Positions 1 through 10,115 of a stretch of 64,000 bases of DNA are shown in pieces. Source of the DNA: Promethearchaeota archaeon Loki_b32 (GTDB lineage: Archaea; Asgardarchaeota; Lokiarchaeia; Sigyniarchaeales; SOKP01). Under the pieces are notes generated by a model. The model did no database searches. It saw only the letters and a list, made by a program, of their open reading frames with translations, and was not told the DNA's origin. The first letter of the stretch is position 1, and the number at the start of each line of letters is the position of its first letter. The stretch is taken from the NCBI GenBank assembly GCA_005223125.1, contig NJBH01000007.1, positions 32,001 to 96,000 on the forward strand. The letters are read 5' to 3'. Both the position numbers and the translations under genes were made by a program.

Positions 1-195
1 AACATCACTATTTTCATGAACATCACCACGTGCAATACTCCCGTAAACAAATGGGTTGAAACCTTCTTTTGTGAATATTTCTAATAATTTAATTGCATTT
101 AATCTTTTCTTGTTTAAGAGAGCCCAGTCATTTTTAGAATATATTATTGAATTATAATGGTTTCGTAAAATTTTATTTTTTTTCATAAATTGATT

Positions 196-1032
196 TTAAG
201 TTTTCAATTTTAATATATTATTTTTAATAACGTCAATGATCATTCCCAAAACAATAGTTTCATAATATTTATATGATTTTTTGGCTTTTTCTATGGTTAG
301 AAGTTTTAATTCAGTCAATTTTTGATATTGAATATTGGTTGTTAAACATTTTAAGTTTTTATTAGGAAAATTGAGTAGACCTTTTTTACTAAATATGATA
401 TAGAATTTATTTTTATTAATGGAATTATCATAAACGTTTAAAAACTTTTTATAATTTATATTATTTACTTTAGGATTAATCAAAATTATTCCTTTATTTC
501 TTGCATCTTCCAAAATTGCTTTATAGGGTATTATCAATCCCGATTGGTTTAATATGATATAATTTTGATTGATATTTGGATCCTTTTTTTTATACCAGTT
601 AATTATTGTAGAAATAAGTGTAGTTAGTTCATCTGTTACAGTTTTTTCTAGTTTATCATCGTCTGGATTATTTTTAATATCAATTTTAGATGATATAATA
701 TTGAAACCGTTAGTCCCTAAACCCTCAGATAAAATCCTAAGTAGTTTCCTCCGATGATTAGTTCTCAAAATTAAAATGACTGGATTTTGATCATTTTGTT
801 TTTTTAATGAAGAATCCCTAATTAGTTGTATTTTTTTTATAGTAACAAATTTATTTCCAACAAATTTTTGGGTTTCTGCAAAGTGAAATCTATCTAAAAA
901 TGCATTAGAAAAAGATGATCGCCATCGATGGGTTGATTTGAAAATCTTTACACTAACTAAGAGTAAAATTAATAGTAATATTATAATAGTATCGATAAAA
1001 ATCCAATCGACTTGAAAAATATCATTTAGCAT
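196..1032 (-). CDS. Hypothetical protein with N-terminal transmembrane anchor (possibly degenerate alpha/beta-hydrolase-like fold)
   Basis: 278-aa ORF; hydrophobic IIILLLILLLVSV near the N-terminus; no clear catalytic motif. Confidence 0.6.
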   Translation of the reverse strand: MLNDIFQVDWIFIDTIIILLLILLLVSVKIFKSTHRWRSSFSNAFLDRFHFAETQKFVGNKFVTIKKIQLIRDSSLKKQNDQNPVILILRTNHRRKLLRILSEGLGTNGFNIISSKIDIKNNPDDDKLEKTVTDELTTLISTIINWYKKKDPNINQNYIILNQSGLIIPYKAILEDARNKGIILINPKVNNINYKKFLNVYDNSINKNKFYIIFSKKGLLNFPNKNLKCLTTNIQYQKLTELKLLTIEKAKKSYKYYETIVLGMIIDVIKNNILKLKT

Positions 1033-1084
1033 AATCTACTTTATAAAATCTTTTCTCTTCGACCACTTCTCTTATCTATTTTAA

Positions 1085-1399
1085 TTATTCTACAGATTCT
1101 TCTATCCATTTTAAATACGTTTCGGAACCCTTTTCTATCTTAAAGCCAATGCATTCTGGTTCAGAATAAGAATGAATTTCATTTATTTTTTGGATAATAG
1201 CTTCAGAGTTTTTTTCGACTGTTTTAATTATTAATAGATTTTCATTATCTTCCTCAATTTTTCCTTTCCATCTATATATAGAAATAATATTGCGAATAAT
1301 ATTTACACATGCCGCGAGTTTATTTTCTACCAGAATTTTCGCTATTTTTTGACCTTCTTCAATATTCGGTACGGTTACTAGAAAAATATAGTGATTCAT
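1085..1399 (-). CDS. cutA: Divalent-cation tolerance protein CutA
   Basis: LAACVNI, SIYRWKGKIE and HSYSEPEC motifs; ATG at 1399 preferred over the longer ORF start at 1456. Confidence 0.93.
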   Translation of the reverse strand: MNHYIFLVTVPNIEEGQKIAKILVENKLAACVNIIRNIISIYRWKGKIEEDNENLLIIKTVEKNSEAIIQKINEIHSYSEPECIGFKIEKGSETYLKWIEESVE

Positions 1400-1628
1400 A
1401 GTACTCAACTTTTTAATTTTAGTAATTCTGTTTATTGTGATACTTAATATCAACATTTTAAGATTTATTAATTTTATATAGTACCTTTGAATCTATTCGA
1501 ACATGTGTAATAGTTTTTATTAAAAAGTGTGAAGTAGATTATTGAGCCAGAAAATCTTAACATTATGATTGATATATTTTCTTAACTTATATTTTGGAAA
1601 AATCATCTGTCTTTTTCATCAAAAGCAT

Positions 1629-1828
1629 CAATTATTCCCATATGAAGAGATATTTCCAAATATATCATAAGAAATTTGACTATACAATACTTCTGCTAAT
1701 TAAATCCTTTTTATTAATAAAAAAGAGACAGGTTAAAATTAAAAAAAATTTTTAATCTGCACTATTATAAAAACTACAAAATTATTCCAATCCCATTTAT
1801 AACTTGAAGACAAATTACTATATATATT
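1629..1828 (+). repeat. ~200-bp direct repeat, copy 1
   Basis: Matches 3909-4108 at an offset of 2280 bp with 4 mismatches counted by eye (1636, 1642, 1756, 1803). Confidence 0.95.
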
Positions 1829-2218
1829 TCTAACTCATCTATAGTAAGAGAAAAGTTGAGGCTATAATTCCATAGTTGTAAACCATGTCCCTCAGACGCA
1901 AGTAATAAAAATTCATAAAACAACGAGGATATTTCTTCAAGAATAAAATTCATTTTTCTTACTTTCTTTTTCTCATTTCATGTTTTTAGATATATTCGAA
2001 ATATAGCTTTATCAAATAAGTAACAATCATAGATTTTTATTTAAATAGACATGATTCAAATTAATTCAAATCTTTCTAAACTTCTTATAATTATTTATTA
2101 CTTTTCGAATGTGAAAATATTTAATCGGATGGAAAATATTAGCCTGATCCAAGAATATATTAGCCTGATCCTTGATATCGTGCGATTTTTTACAACAAAA
2201 TTTCGAATAAAAAAAAAA

Positions 2219-3649
2219 TTAATTTTTTATGTTTGACTTTTTAATAATTACGATTATAGAAATCACCGATATAACGATTATCACAAATGTTAGATTATAT
2301 CCAATACTAGAAGATGACCCTATTGTAAAATGTTCACTAAATTCATGGACACTCTTATCCGTTGCTTCTATCACTAGATAATATTCACCATGAGGTAAAT
2401 CCATGGGGATAGTCCATTTATAATATCCAATATTAGGAACCGAAGGAATAGTTAACACCTTATCCGCATCAGAACTACCTTGAGGTTTATGGTATACTTT
2501 TATTTCTAGAGTTTCACATAGAGTATCTGTCTCCCATTTGATTGTCATTATTTCACCATGTTTATAGGATAAAGAACTACTAGGCTCTAATATAGTTAGA
2601 GATTTCACATTTGTAATTTCAAAATATTCACTAAAACTGTATTTGGTAGAGTACACATCCCTTATTTTAATCCTATAATCTGTCCCTTGAGGAATAATAT
2701 TCCACATATATCCATTTTTTTCATAGTAATGTGGAACCCAAGAAAATGAACCATCATTTTCAGTTTTAGATGAGAGTTCTTTTAATAGTTCAGTTCCTTT
2801 ATAAAGTTCAATCTTTACGTCATTAATTGAGCCTGTGCTTTCCCAAAGAATTGTATGAGTTGTTTTAGGAACAACCATAGACGTATTTGTTGGTTCTAAA
2901 ATGGTTATTGATTTCACTTCAATAATGGTAAAATAAGAACTATAATCATATATATTTGGATCTGAAGTCTCCGTAATTTTTATTCTATAATCAGATGCTT
3001 CAGGGCAATTTCCAGGGACAATCCAAGTCTCTTGACCATCATTGGAAGTACTAGAATGGATTGTTGTATATAATGAACTACCTTTATATAATTCAATTTT
3101 AAGATTTCCTACTGATCCTTGAGTCGACCATCTTATAGTTTGGCTAGAACCAGTTTGATAACTAGATGAAGATGAAGGTGCTATTACATTGATTGCTGGG
3201 GGACGACTATCACCCACAAAATTCGCATTATAAGTTACTAGTGTATTTTGACTACCAACTTCATCATTCCAAAAAACAATATACCAAGTATTACCTTCGG
3301 GAACATTAAAGGTTCCAGAATCACTAGAGTCAGTTGAAAGGAGATGTCCTGTTGCACTTTGCCCTGCAATCCATAAAGAATATTGAAATGCATCCAAAGC
3401 CCATACATTAATAATCTGAGAAGGAAAGGTTGAAAAACTCCAAGTAACATATTGATCAGCATATCCATGAAGTTCTGCATGATCATCATGATCGAGACCC
3501 TGTGAGGGTGAAGATCGCAATTTATCGAAATTCACTAAATTCGTAGAGTTATTATTATTAAAGTTCTGTGCAATAGTTATCAAAGAAAAGCCTGCAAACA
3601 AAATTAAAATAAAAAACTTTCTTGAAAATTCTCTTCCTGTTCTTGGCAT
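2219..3649 (-). CDS. Secreted/cell-surface protein with three Ser/Thr-rich (Kre9/GPI-anchored-like, Ig-like) repeats and C-terminal membrane anchor
   Basis: N-terminal signal/TM; repeated I.P...I.W...V.IELYKG...NDG...W..P...YRIKI...S.YF.I units; C-terminal GYN + hydrophobic helix + Lys tail. Confidence 0.8.
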   Translation of the reverse strand: MPRTGREFSRKFFILILFAGFSLITIAQNFNNNNSTNLVNFDKLRSSPSQGLDHDDHAELHGYADQYVTWSFSTFPSQIINVWALDAFQYSLWIAGQSATGHLLSTDSSDSGTFNVPEGNTWYIVFWNDEVGSQNTLVTYNANFVGDSRPPAINVIAPSSSSSYQTGSSQTIRWSTQGSVGNLKIELYKGSSLYTTIHSSTSNDGQETWIVPGNCPEASDYRIKITETSDPNIYDYSSYFTIIEVKSITILEPTNTSMVVPKTTHTILWESTGSINDVKIELYKGTELLKELSSKTENDGSFSWVPHYYEKNGYMWNIIPQGTDYRIKIRDVYSTKYSFSEYFEITNVKSLTILEPSSSLSYKHGEIMTIKWETDTLCETLEIKVYHKPQGSSDADKVLTIPSVPNIGYYKWTIPMDLPHGEYYLVIEATDKSVHEFSEHFTIGSSSSIGYNLTFVIIVISVISIIVIIKKSNIKN

Positions 3650-3806
3650 TTTAATTCACTTTTTTGAATTTTAGATTCAAGATTTTTGAATTTTTGTATT
3701 AAATATTAATTTATATCAAATATTATTTAAATATAACGGAATCAGGTTAGAAAGATAGCAGATCTCTATAGCATCGATTATTCCCTTTGACTCTTGTCGA
3801 GCTAAA

Positions 3807-3950
3807 ATGGAAAAATATTCGTTATTCGAACTCTATAGAGAACAGGCAGGAATCTTACTCAACATGAAAAATAATGAAGAGGCTCAAAAAGTAATAAAAA
3901 AAGCGAGGCAATTATACCCATCTGAAGAGATATTTCCAAATATATCATAA
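3807..3950 (+). pseudogene. 3' remnant of a TPR-repeat protein gene
   Basis: MEKYSLFELYREQAGILLNMKNNEEAQKVIKKARQLYPSEEIFPNIS*: a single TPR-like unit with in-frame TAG upstream; its end overlaps repeat copy 2. Confidence 0.55.
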
Positions 3951-4108
3951 GAAATTTGACTATACAATACTTCTGCTAATTAAATCCTTTTTATTAATAA
4001 AAAAGAGACAGGTTAAAATTAAAAAAAATTTTTAAGCTGCACTATTATAAAAACTACAAAATTATTCCAATCCCATTTATAATTTGAAGACAAATTACTA
4101 TATATATT
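3909..4108 (+). repeat. ~200-bp direct repeat, copy 2
   Basis: Near-identical to 1629-1828. Confidence 0.95.
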
Positions 4109-4244
4109 AAAATATCAATAAAAATTTTTTTAACAATTTAACCATAAAATTACATATATTCTCAATGAAGAAATTTAAATTATCATAATTTATTAAATAT
4201 ACAACAAAGAACATAATATTAAAATAATAAGAGAGGTTTTAACC

Positions 4245-4970
4245 TTGCTACATAATGTATACCTCATTCATCAACATACAGGCATCTGTTTAATCCATCG
4301 GAAATATGGGAGTATTGAATTTAACCAAGATTTAGTTAGTGGTTTTCTCACTGCTTTAAAAGATTTTTCTGTCGAATTCTCAAAAGGGAGTGGTGAGCTT
4401 AAAGTAATAGATATGCAAGTTTTTTACTTGCTTTTAGTCTTTAAGGAGGGTGTGTTAATAACTGCTGCAGCTGATAAGAACGATGATGCAAAAATTACTC
4501 ATAAGGCGTTAACAGGTATTATTGATAAGTTTGTTGACCAGTTTGGAGATCAGCTTAAGAGATGGTCTGGAGATGTTCGTATTTTCCGGGATTTTGATCA
4601 AATAATTGACGAGATTTTGCAAAATGGTAAACTCGCTGAGATCCAATTAAAACTTCCTATACTGAAGATTTTCAAGAAATATTTTATTAAATCACAGAAG
4701 CAAATTGCGAAGAAGGGGTTAGTGTTATCAGAGGGAGATTTACGCGAAGTTAAGGACGTGAAGCCAGAATGGACTACCAAGCGACTTCCCAAACAAATTA
4801 TTACACAGGGATTTTTGAATAAGAAAGAGTTTAAAATCGCTCATTTAGCGGACGGATTTCATACAATAGATGAGATTGCTGAGGAGAGTGGACGTCCAGA
4901 GGGAGAGATTCAGCGGATAATAGGGAGTTTAGATGATTTGGGCTTACTTTCGTTTATAGAAATAAAATAA
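4245..4970 (+). CDS. Longin-like domain protein with C-terminal winged helix (NPRL2-like architecture)
   Basis: N-terminal VYLIH..GICLI.R.YG....DLVSGFLTAL..F longin pattern; C-terminal ADGFHTIDEIAEESG...L...GLL wHTH. Confidence 0.65.
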   Translation: MLHNVYLIHQHTGICLIHRKYGSIEFNQDLVSGFLTALKDFSVEFSKGSGELKVIDMQVFYLLLVFKEGVLITAAADKNDDAKITHKALTGIIDKFVDQFGDQLKRWSGDVRIFRDFDQIIDEILQNGKLAEIQLKLPILKIFKKYFIKSQKQIAKKGLVLSEGDLREVKDVKPEWTTKRLPKQIITQGFLNKKEFKIAHLADGFHTIDEIAEESGRPEGEIQRIIGSLDDLGLLSFIEIK

Positions 4971-5092
4971 AATATAAATCCTTTTTTTAGAAATTACATA
5001 CTATTTTATTCATTCTACTGATTTTTTATTTCTTGAATGTTATTATTTTAAATGAAAAGATTTTTGAAAACTGTTTAACTTATAAAGTTAAG

Positions 5093-6565
5093 ATGAATGT
5101 TAATAAAATTGCTGACAATATCTACGAAATTCCTCCAAAAACATTAATGGCAAGGGTTAAAGGGAATATTGAGAAATTTCAGATGAGAGTTCCAGTAAAA
5201 ATTTATGCGAACGATTATATTTTAGAGAAAATAAAACAAGATAGAACATTAGATCAAATTTGTAATGTTGCTTGTCTACCAGGAATTCAAAAACATGCTA
5301 TTGCACTTTCAGATGCGCATCAAGGATACGGATTTTGCATTGGAGGTGTCGCTGGAACTGATGCAGAGACCGGAATGATTTCTCCTGGCGGTGTTGGGTA
5401 CGATATAAACTGTGGGGTTCGCCTCCTTCGAACAAATTTATATTTTAAAGAAATTAAGGGCGTATTACCAAATCTCTTAAATACTATCTTTACTAATATC
5501 CCCTCGGGTTTAGGTTCAAAAGGGAAATTAAACATAAGCTATTCAGATTTAGATAAGGTTCTAAATAATGGAGTGAATTGGGCATTAGATAATAATTATG
5601 CTATTGAAGAAGACCTTAAGAATTTAGAGGAAAATGGTTGTTTGAAGGATGCGGATGCAAATTTCGTTTCACAAAAAGCAAAACAGCGTGGTATTAAACA
5701 ACTTGGCTCATTGGGAAGTGGAAATCATTTTTTAGAAATTCAAAAAGTTGATAAAATTTATAATGCAACTATTGCTAAAACTCTAGGCATAAATGAAAAG
5801 AATCAAGTGACTGTTATGATACACACAGGGAGCAGAGCTCTCGGACATCAAGTGTGTACAGATTCATTACGTACTATAGAGCAAGCAATGAAAAAATATG
5901 ATGTTAAAGTTCCTGATAGAGAGTTAGCATGTGTTCCAGCTGATAAACCTGAAGCAAAGAATTATTTGAAGCAAATGGCTTGTGCAGCTAATTTTGGGTT
6001 CACAAATCGTCAACTTATCACTCATTGGTTAAGAGAATCCTTTCAGAATACATTTAAAAAGGATATTGATGATCTAAATATGCATTTAATTTACGGCGTT
6101 TGTCATAATATTTTAAAAATAGAAGAACATGAAGTAAATGGTAAAAAAATGAAATTAAATATACATAGAAAAGGTGCTACAAGAGCATTCCCTCCTGAGC
6201 ACCTTGATTTACCAAATGATTATAAGACAATAGGACAACCTGTATTAATCCCAGGAACGATGGGTTCTGCGTCTTATCTATGCGTGGGTAAAGAAAATGC
6301 TATGAATCTTTCATTCGGTTCGACAGCTCACGGTTCTGGCAGGGTAATGTCAAGAACGAAAGCAAAAAAGAAATACTGGGGAGAACGTGTCAAAAACGAT
6401 TTAAGCAAACAAGGTATCATGGTTCTAGCTGCTTCAATGAAAATCATCGCTGAAGAGGCACCTGGTGCTTATAAGGACATAGATCAGGTTGTTCAAGTTA
6501 GTCATGATCTTGAAATCGTTGAAAAGGTGGTAAGACTAATTCCAATTGGTGTAGTGAAAGGTTGA
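5093..6565 (+). CDS. rtcB: tRNA-splicing ligase RtcB
   Basis: DAHQGYGF, GYDINCGVR, GSGNHFLE, HRKGAT, STAHGSGR and EEAPGAYK motifs; ATG 5093 preferred. Confidence 0.97.
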   Translation: MNVNKIADNIYEIPPKTLMARVKGNIEKFQMRVPVKIYANDYILEKIKQDRTLDQICNVACLPGIQKHAIALSDAHQGYGFCIGGVAGTDAETGMISPGGVGYDINCGVRLLRTNLYFKEIKGVLPNLLNTIFTNIPSGLGSKGKLNISYSDLDKVLNNGVNWALDNNYAIEEDLKNLEENGCLKDADANFVSQKAKQRGIKQLGSLGSGNHFLEIQKVDKIYNATIAKTLGINEKNQVTVMIHTGSRALGHQVCTDSLRTIEQAMKKYDVKVPDRELACVPADKPEAKNYLKQMACAANFGFTNRQLITHWLRESFQNTFKKDIDDLNMHLIYGVCHNILKIEEHEVNGKKMKLNIHRKGATRAFPPEHLDLPNDYKTIGQPVLIPGTMGSASYLCVGKENAMNLSFGSTAHGSGRVMSRTKAKKKYWGERVKNDLSKQGIMVLAASMKIIAEEAPGAYKDIDQVVQVSHDLEIVEKVVRLIPIGVVKG

Positions 6566-6647
6566 ATTATCTCTTATTATATTTTCATTTTATTAACATT
6601 ATATGAATTAAAATTCTTAAGGTAAATAGCTGATTTAATTCCTACTT

Positions 6648-7085
6648 TTAGATGTCGAAAACAATGTTAATTTTAACACTATTTTTTTTTTCTTCTATTT
6701 CCATAAAAGAATAAGTTATAGCCTTTACTTCACATCCTATTTCATGTTTATTTTTATCGAACTTTTCTCCTCTAACAATAGCCCTTATTTGATACTTTTC
6801 TTGATCTTTTTTGATTGTTTCAATTTTAATATCATTAAAGACTAATTGTTCTACATCAAATATATAGAGAAATTCTGATAAAAAATCAAACAATAATGCT
6901 TCTTTATCTTCAGCTTCAATTTTAATGATTTTTTTAGTTATGGGGGAAATTAGTTTTAAGTTTGGAGTAATTGTTTCTATTAAGCTATATGCAGTTTGTT
7001 CAAAAGCTTCTTCTAAACTTCTGCCTCGACTTTCGACTAAAACATCAGCTGTGTGATCTAGAAATCTATATCCGACTTTCTTCAT
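6648..7085 (-). CDS. Archease (RtcB cofactor)
   Basis: FLDHTADV N-terminus, EVKAITY, C-terminal VFDI; convergent with rtcB. Confidence 0.95.
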   Translation of the reverse strand: MKKVGYRFLDHTADVLVESRGRSLEEAFEQTAYSLIETITPNLKLISPITKKIIKIEAEDKEALLFDFLSEFLYIFDVEQLVFNDIKIETIKKDQEKYQIRAIVRGEKFDKNKHEIGCEVKAITYSFMEIEEKKNSVKINIVFDI

Positions 7086-7200
7086 ATTTTGTTAACAGTT
7101 CTATGAAAATTTATACTCCTTAGATAGTTTCATTATAGAATATTTTTGTCATTATATAAATTTCCTTGTACTTTAAATTGATAATAGAGAATATTAAAGT

Positions 7201-7701
7201 ATGTTTTATACGATTGCGGATGATTTGATTTTTTATCAACTTTTATCATTCATTAAAAAATATACAAATTATGAACTTAAATTACGTGAATATTTTCATA
7301 ATAAAACCAAAGGAGTATATCCAGAATTCATTGTAGTAATAAACCAATTTATCTTCTTTTTCGTTAAAAAAAAGGATTACCTTAACTCCAATATGCATAT
7401 AAACTCAATGAGGAGGCAGATTACCAAAAGAAAGATATTAATTATAAGAATTGAGAAAATTCTTATCAATCTCTTGTTTAGTTTCTTTCCCGATTTAAAT
7501 ATTGATGATATTAAAATAGAGTTTGATGATCAATCTGGTAATAGAGAAATATCTGTGTATTTTTTGTTTTATGAAGAAAGAGGAAGAGCAATCGGTCGCA
7601 ATGGAGATTACATTAGAGCAGTAAATCATATATTTGAAAACCAAGTTGTTTTTGAAAATAATAATATTCCATTAAAGGTTAAATGTAAATTCAAGAAATA
7701 A
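7201..7701 (+). CDS. Divergent archaeal NusA-like KH-domain protein
   Basis: RGRAIGRNGDYIRAVN KH GxxG loop; N-terminal KH appears degenerate. Confidence 0.65.
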   Translation: MFYTIADDLIFYQLLSFIKKYTNYELKLREYFHNKTKGVYPEFIVVINQFIFFFVKKKDYLNSNMHINSMRRQITKRKILIIRIEKILINLLFSFFPDLNIDDIKIEFDDQSGNREISVYFLFYEERGRAIGRNGDYIRAVNHIFENQVVFENNNIPLKVKCKFKK

Positions 7702-7719
7702 TTCTAAGTTATAAGTCTT

Positions 7720-8490
7720 TTACCAAGGGACGTCTTTTAAACCGATTAAATAAGCAATATTATTCGCGATAACACTAACAGCAGGAGTTAAAATTATCAG
7801 GAATATTATGATATAAAAATCAGGAAGCATGAAGAGATTTGGAAGAATAAATCCCGGGATCGAAACAAATAACAATGCTATTAAGGCGAAATCTAGCTGA
7901 TCCACAATCCAAAAAGGCGCTCCGCTTTTGATATCAAATCTCCTCTTAAGAAAAGAACCAATTAAGTCTCCTACTACTGCCCCATACGACGCTAATACAA
8001 TTCGTATAATTAAAACAAGAAAATTAATTGGAAATTCGCCACCTATGAAATAAAACTCAAAAATTTTGATATCATTATAAAGGATATATTGTCCTTGAGC
8101 AGCGGCATCAATAATAAGGTCTTTTATTGGTACCCATAGAATGTTAAAAAGGAGAAAAATGAAAAAAGAGATTGGAATTCCAATGTAAAGTGGTCCTTTT
8201 AATCCATTCCAAGTCTTATGATCCCCTAAAATTCTCCTACCATCTCGAAAATTTCTCCCTCCATCAATAGGTTTACCTCCACCAGTTATAACCATTGAAG
8301 CATTCGATATGTATGCTGGAACAATAAACAAGAGACTAAATATTAAGAGAGCTACCCAATCTGCCCAATTAAATACAATCGCTATAATAAGAAAGTTAAG
8401 TAAAATTAGACAAGCGAAAGTTATAGCTAAGATAACAGCAATCTTTTTCTGGGTTTTTTCTACATCAGTTAGGTTATTTTCGGACGACAA
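7720..8490 (-). CDS. carS: CDP-2,3-bis-O-geranylgeranyl-sn-glycerol (CDP-archaeol) synthase
   Basis: PAY.SN, GGKPIDGG..F.DGRRILG.HKTW.G, GDL.GSFLKRR, DQLDF, K.VPW. Confidence 0.93.
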   Translation of the reverse strand: MSSENNLTDVEKTQKKIAVILAITFACLILLNFLIIAIVFNWADWVALLIFSLLFIVPAYISNASMVITGGGKPIDGGRNFRDGRRILGDHKTWNGLKGPLYIGIPISFFIFLLFNILWVPIKDLIIDAAAQGQYILYNDIKIFEFYFIGGEFPINFLVLIIRIVLASYGAVVGDLIGSFLKRRFDIKSGAPFWIVDQLDFALIALLFVSIPGFILPNLFMLPDFYIIIFLIILTPAVSVIANNIAYLIGLKDVPW

Positions 8491-8761
8491 TGTTTTATAA
8501 TTCCTTATATTAAGAAAAAAGAATAATTAAACAAATATTGAATTAAATTAAACTTTTTTTAATTAAAATCTCCATTTATTAATAAGAACTTAATAAATAT
8601 TGCTTCATAAATAATATTCTTTTAAAACCCCGACAATAATAATACATATTATTGAAAAGATTCATCAAAATTAGCTATTAAGGGTTTAACATTTTTCTAC
8701 TAAATTAAAGATTAATAATTAATTTTAAATATGCAATTGAAATACAGTATATAGTTTATAA

Positions 8762-8775
8762 TTTCGAGTGCAAAC
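8762..8775 (+). promoter_or_regulatory. Possible mini-ORB (Orc1/Cdc6 binding site) upstream of cdc6
   Basis: TTTCGAGTGCAAAC resembles the ORB core TTCCAGTGGAAAC; in an AT-rich intergenic region directly 5' of cdc6; single copy, no G-string. Confidence 0.3.
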
Positions 8776-8810
8776 AATTCTGTTAAAAAAATGAAGCACT
8801 GGTGTCATAA

Positions 8811-10115
8811 TTGTTGAAGAATAATAATAGTTATCAATTTAATATTGATAAATTTTACAAAAACTATCTTAAAGGACCAAGAATTTTTAATAATCGAGAT
8901 GCTTTAGAGTCGTCATATATTCCTGATGATCTTCCTCATCGTGATTCTCAGATAAAAAGTATTGCCGAGAAAACAGCATGTGCATTACTAGGTGATACAC
9001 CTCCAAGTTTTCTATGTTATGGAATGACAGGTACAGGTAAAACGGCAACTATAAGATATGTGAGTCAAAAATTAGCTCAACAAAACTCAGAAATTAAACC
9101 ATGGTGGATCTATATTAACTGTAATATTGTATCAACTCCTTATCGTATTTTAGCTCACATATATAATACAATATCGAGAAAGGAGAAGATTCCGCCCACA
9201 GGTCTTCCAAAAGATATAATTTTTAAAAGATTGCTTGGATTATTAGATTCAAAAATCGGGAATTCAATTTGTTTTTTGGTATTAGATGAAATAGATATAT
9301 TAGTTGGGAAGAAAGGTGGTAATGAAATCTTATATGATTTAACTAGGTTGAATGAGAATTTGGACAATTGTAAATCGAGTATAATAGGTATTTCAAATAA
9401 ATTAAAATTTAGAGAGAATTTAGACCCGAGAATATTATCGAGTTTAGGGGAAGAACATATTGTTTTTCCTTCTTATGATGCTAGTGAGCTTAGAGATATT
9501 TTAATTAAAAGAGCGAAAATTGCTTATCAAGAAAATATTTTAAAGGAGGAAGTTATTCCATTATGTGCTGCTCTTGCAGCAAAAAACCATGGTGATGCAA
9601 GAAAAGCCCTACAATTATTAAGGAAAGCTGGTGAATTAGCTGAGAGAGGTCAAAATATAATAGTCACAGCTAAGCATGTAGAAAAAGCCCAAGAAGAATT
9701 AGAAAATGATCACATTAAAGAATATATAAAAGGTATGCCGCTCCAAGCACAATTAATTTTAGCATCGATATATTTAATTTCAAGATTTAGTCCCGAACAT
9801 ATTATAATATCCGGGGACATCTATGATGTTCATTCAGAAATTAGAGGATTGATACCAGGGATTAGAGAACTGACCAAAAGAAGAATAAGTGATTATATCA
9901 ATGAATTATCATTAGCAGGAATAATTTCTGCTGAAGTTAAATCTATGGGACATTATGGAAGAACCAAAATAATAAAATTAGACGTTGCAATGGAGCTAAT
10001 TGGGAATGTAATATTAGAGATTAATAAATTTCAAGGTATTATGAATTATAAACCCGCTTTTTTACAAGCAGACAAGGTGAAACTAAAAAATAATATTTTT
10101 AAAAAGTTAATCTAG
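8811..10115 (+). CDS. cdc6: Orc1/Cdc6 replication initiator
   Basis: Y.PD.LPHRD.QI, Walker A GMTGTGKT, Walker B LVLDEID, GDARKAL, C-terminal wHTH with G.YGRT. Confidence 0.96.
   Translation: MLKNNNSYQFNIDKFYKNYLKGPRIFNNRDALESSYIPDDLPHRDSQIKSIAEKTACALLGDTPPSFLCYGMTGTGKTATIRYVSQKLAQQNSEIKPWWIYINCNIVSTPYRILAHIYNTISRKEKIPPTGLPKDIIFKRLLGLLDSKIGNSICFLVLDEIDILVGKKGGNEILYDLTRLNENLDNCKSSIIGISNKLKFRENLDPRILSSLGEEHIVFPSYDASELRDILIKRAKIAYQENILKEEVIPLCAALAAKNHGDARKALQLLRKAGELAERGQNIIVTAKHVEKAQEELENDHIKEYIKGMPLQAQLILASIYLISRFSPEHIIISGDIYDVHSEIRGLIPGIRELTKRRISDYINELSLAGIISAEVKSMGHYGRTKIIKLDVAMELIGNVILEINKFQGIMNYKPAFLQADKVKLKNNIFKKLI

Noticed and set aside
2136-2171. Two copies of ATATTAGCCTGATCC with 21-bp period (inside ORF 2051-2236)
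   Set aside because: Only two units with no spacer array or cas genes; likely a slippage duplication, not CRISPR. ORF 2051-2236 is also unsupported
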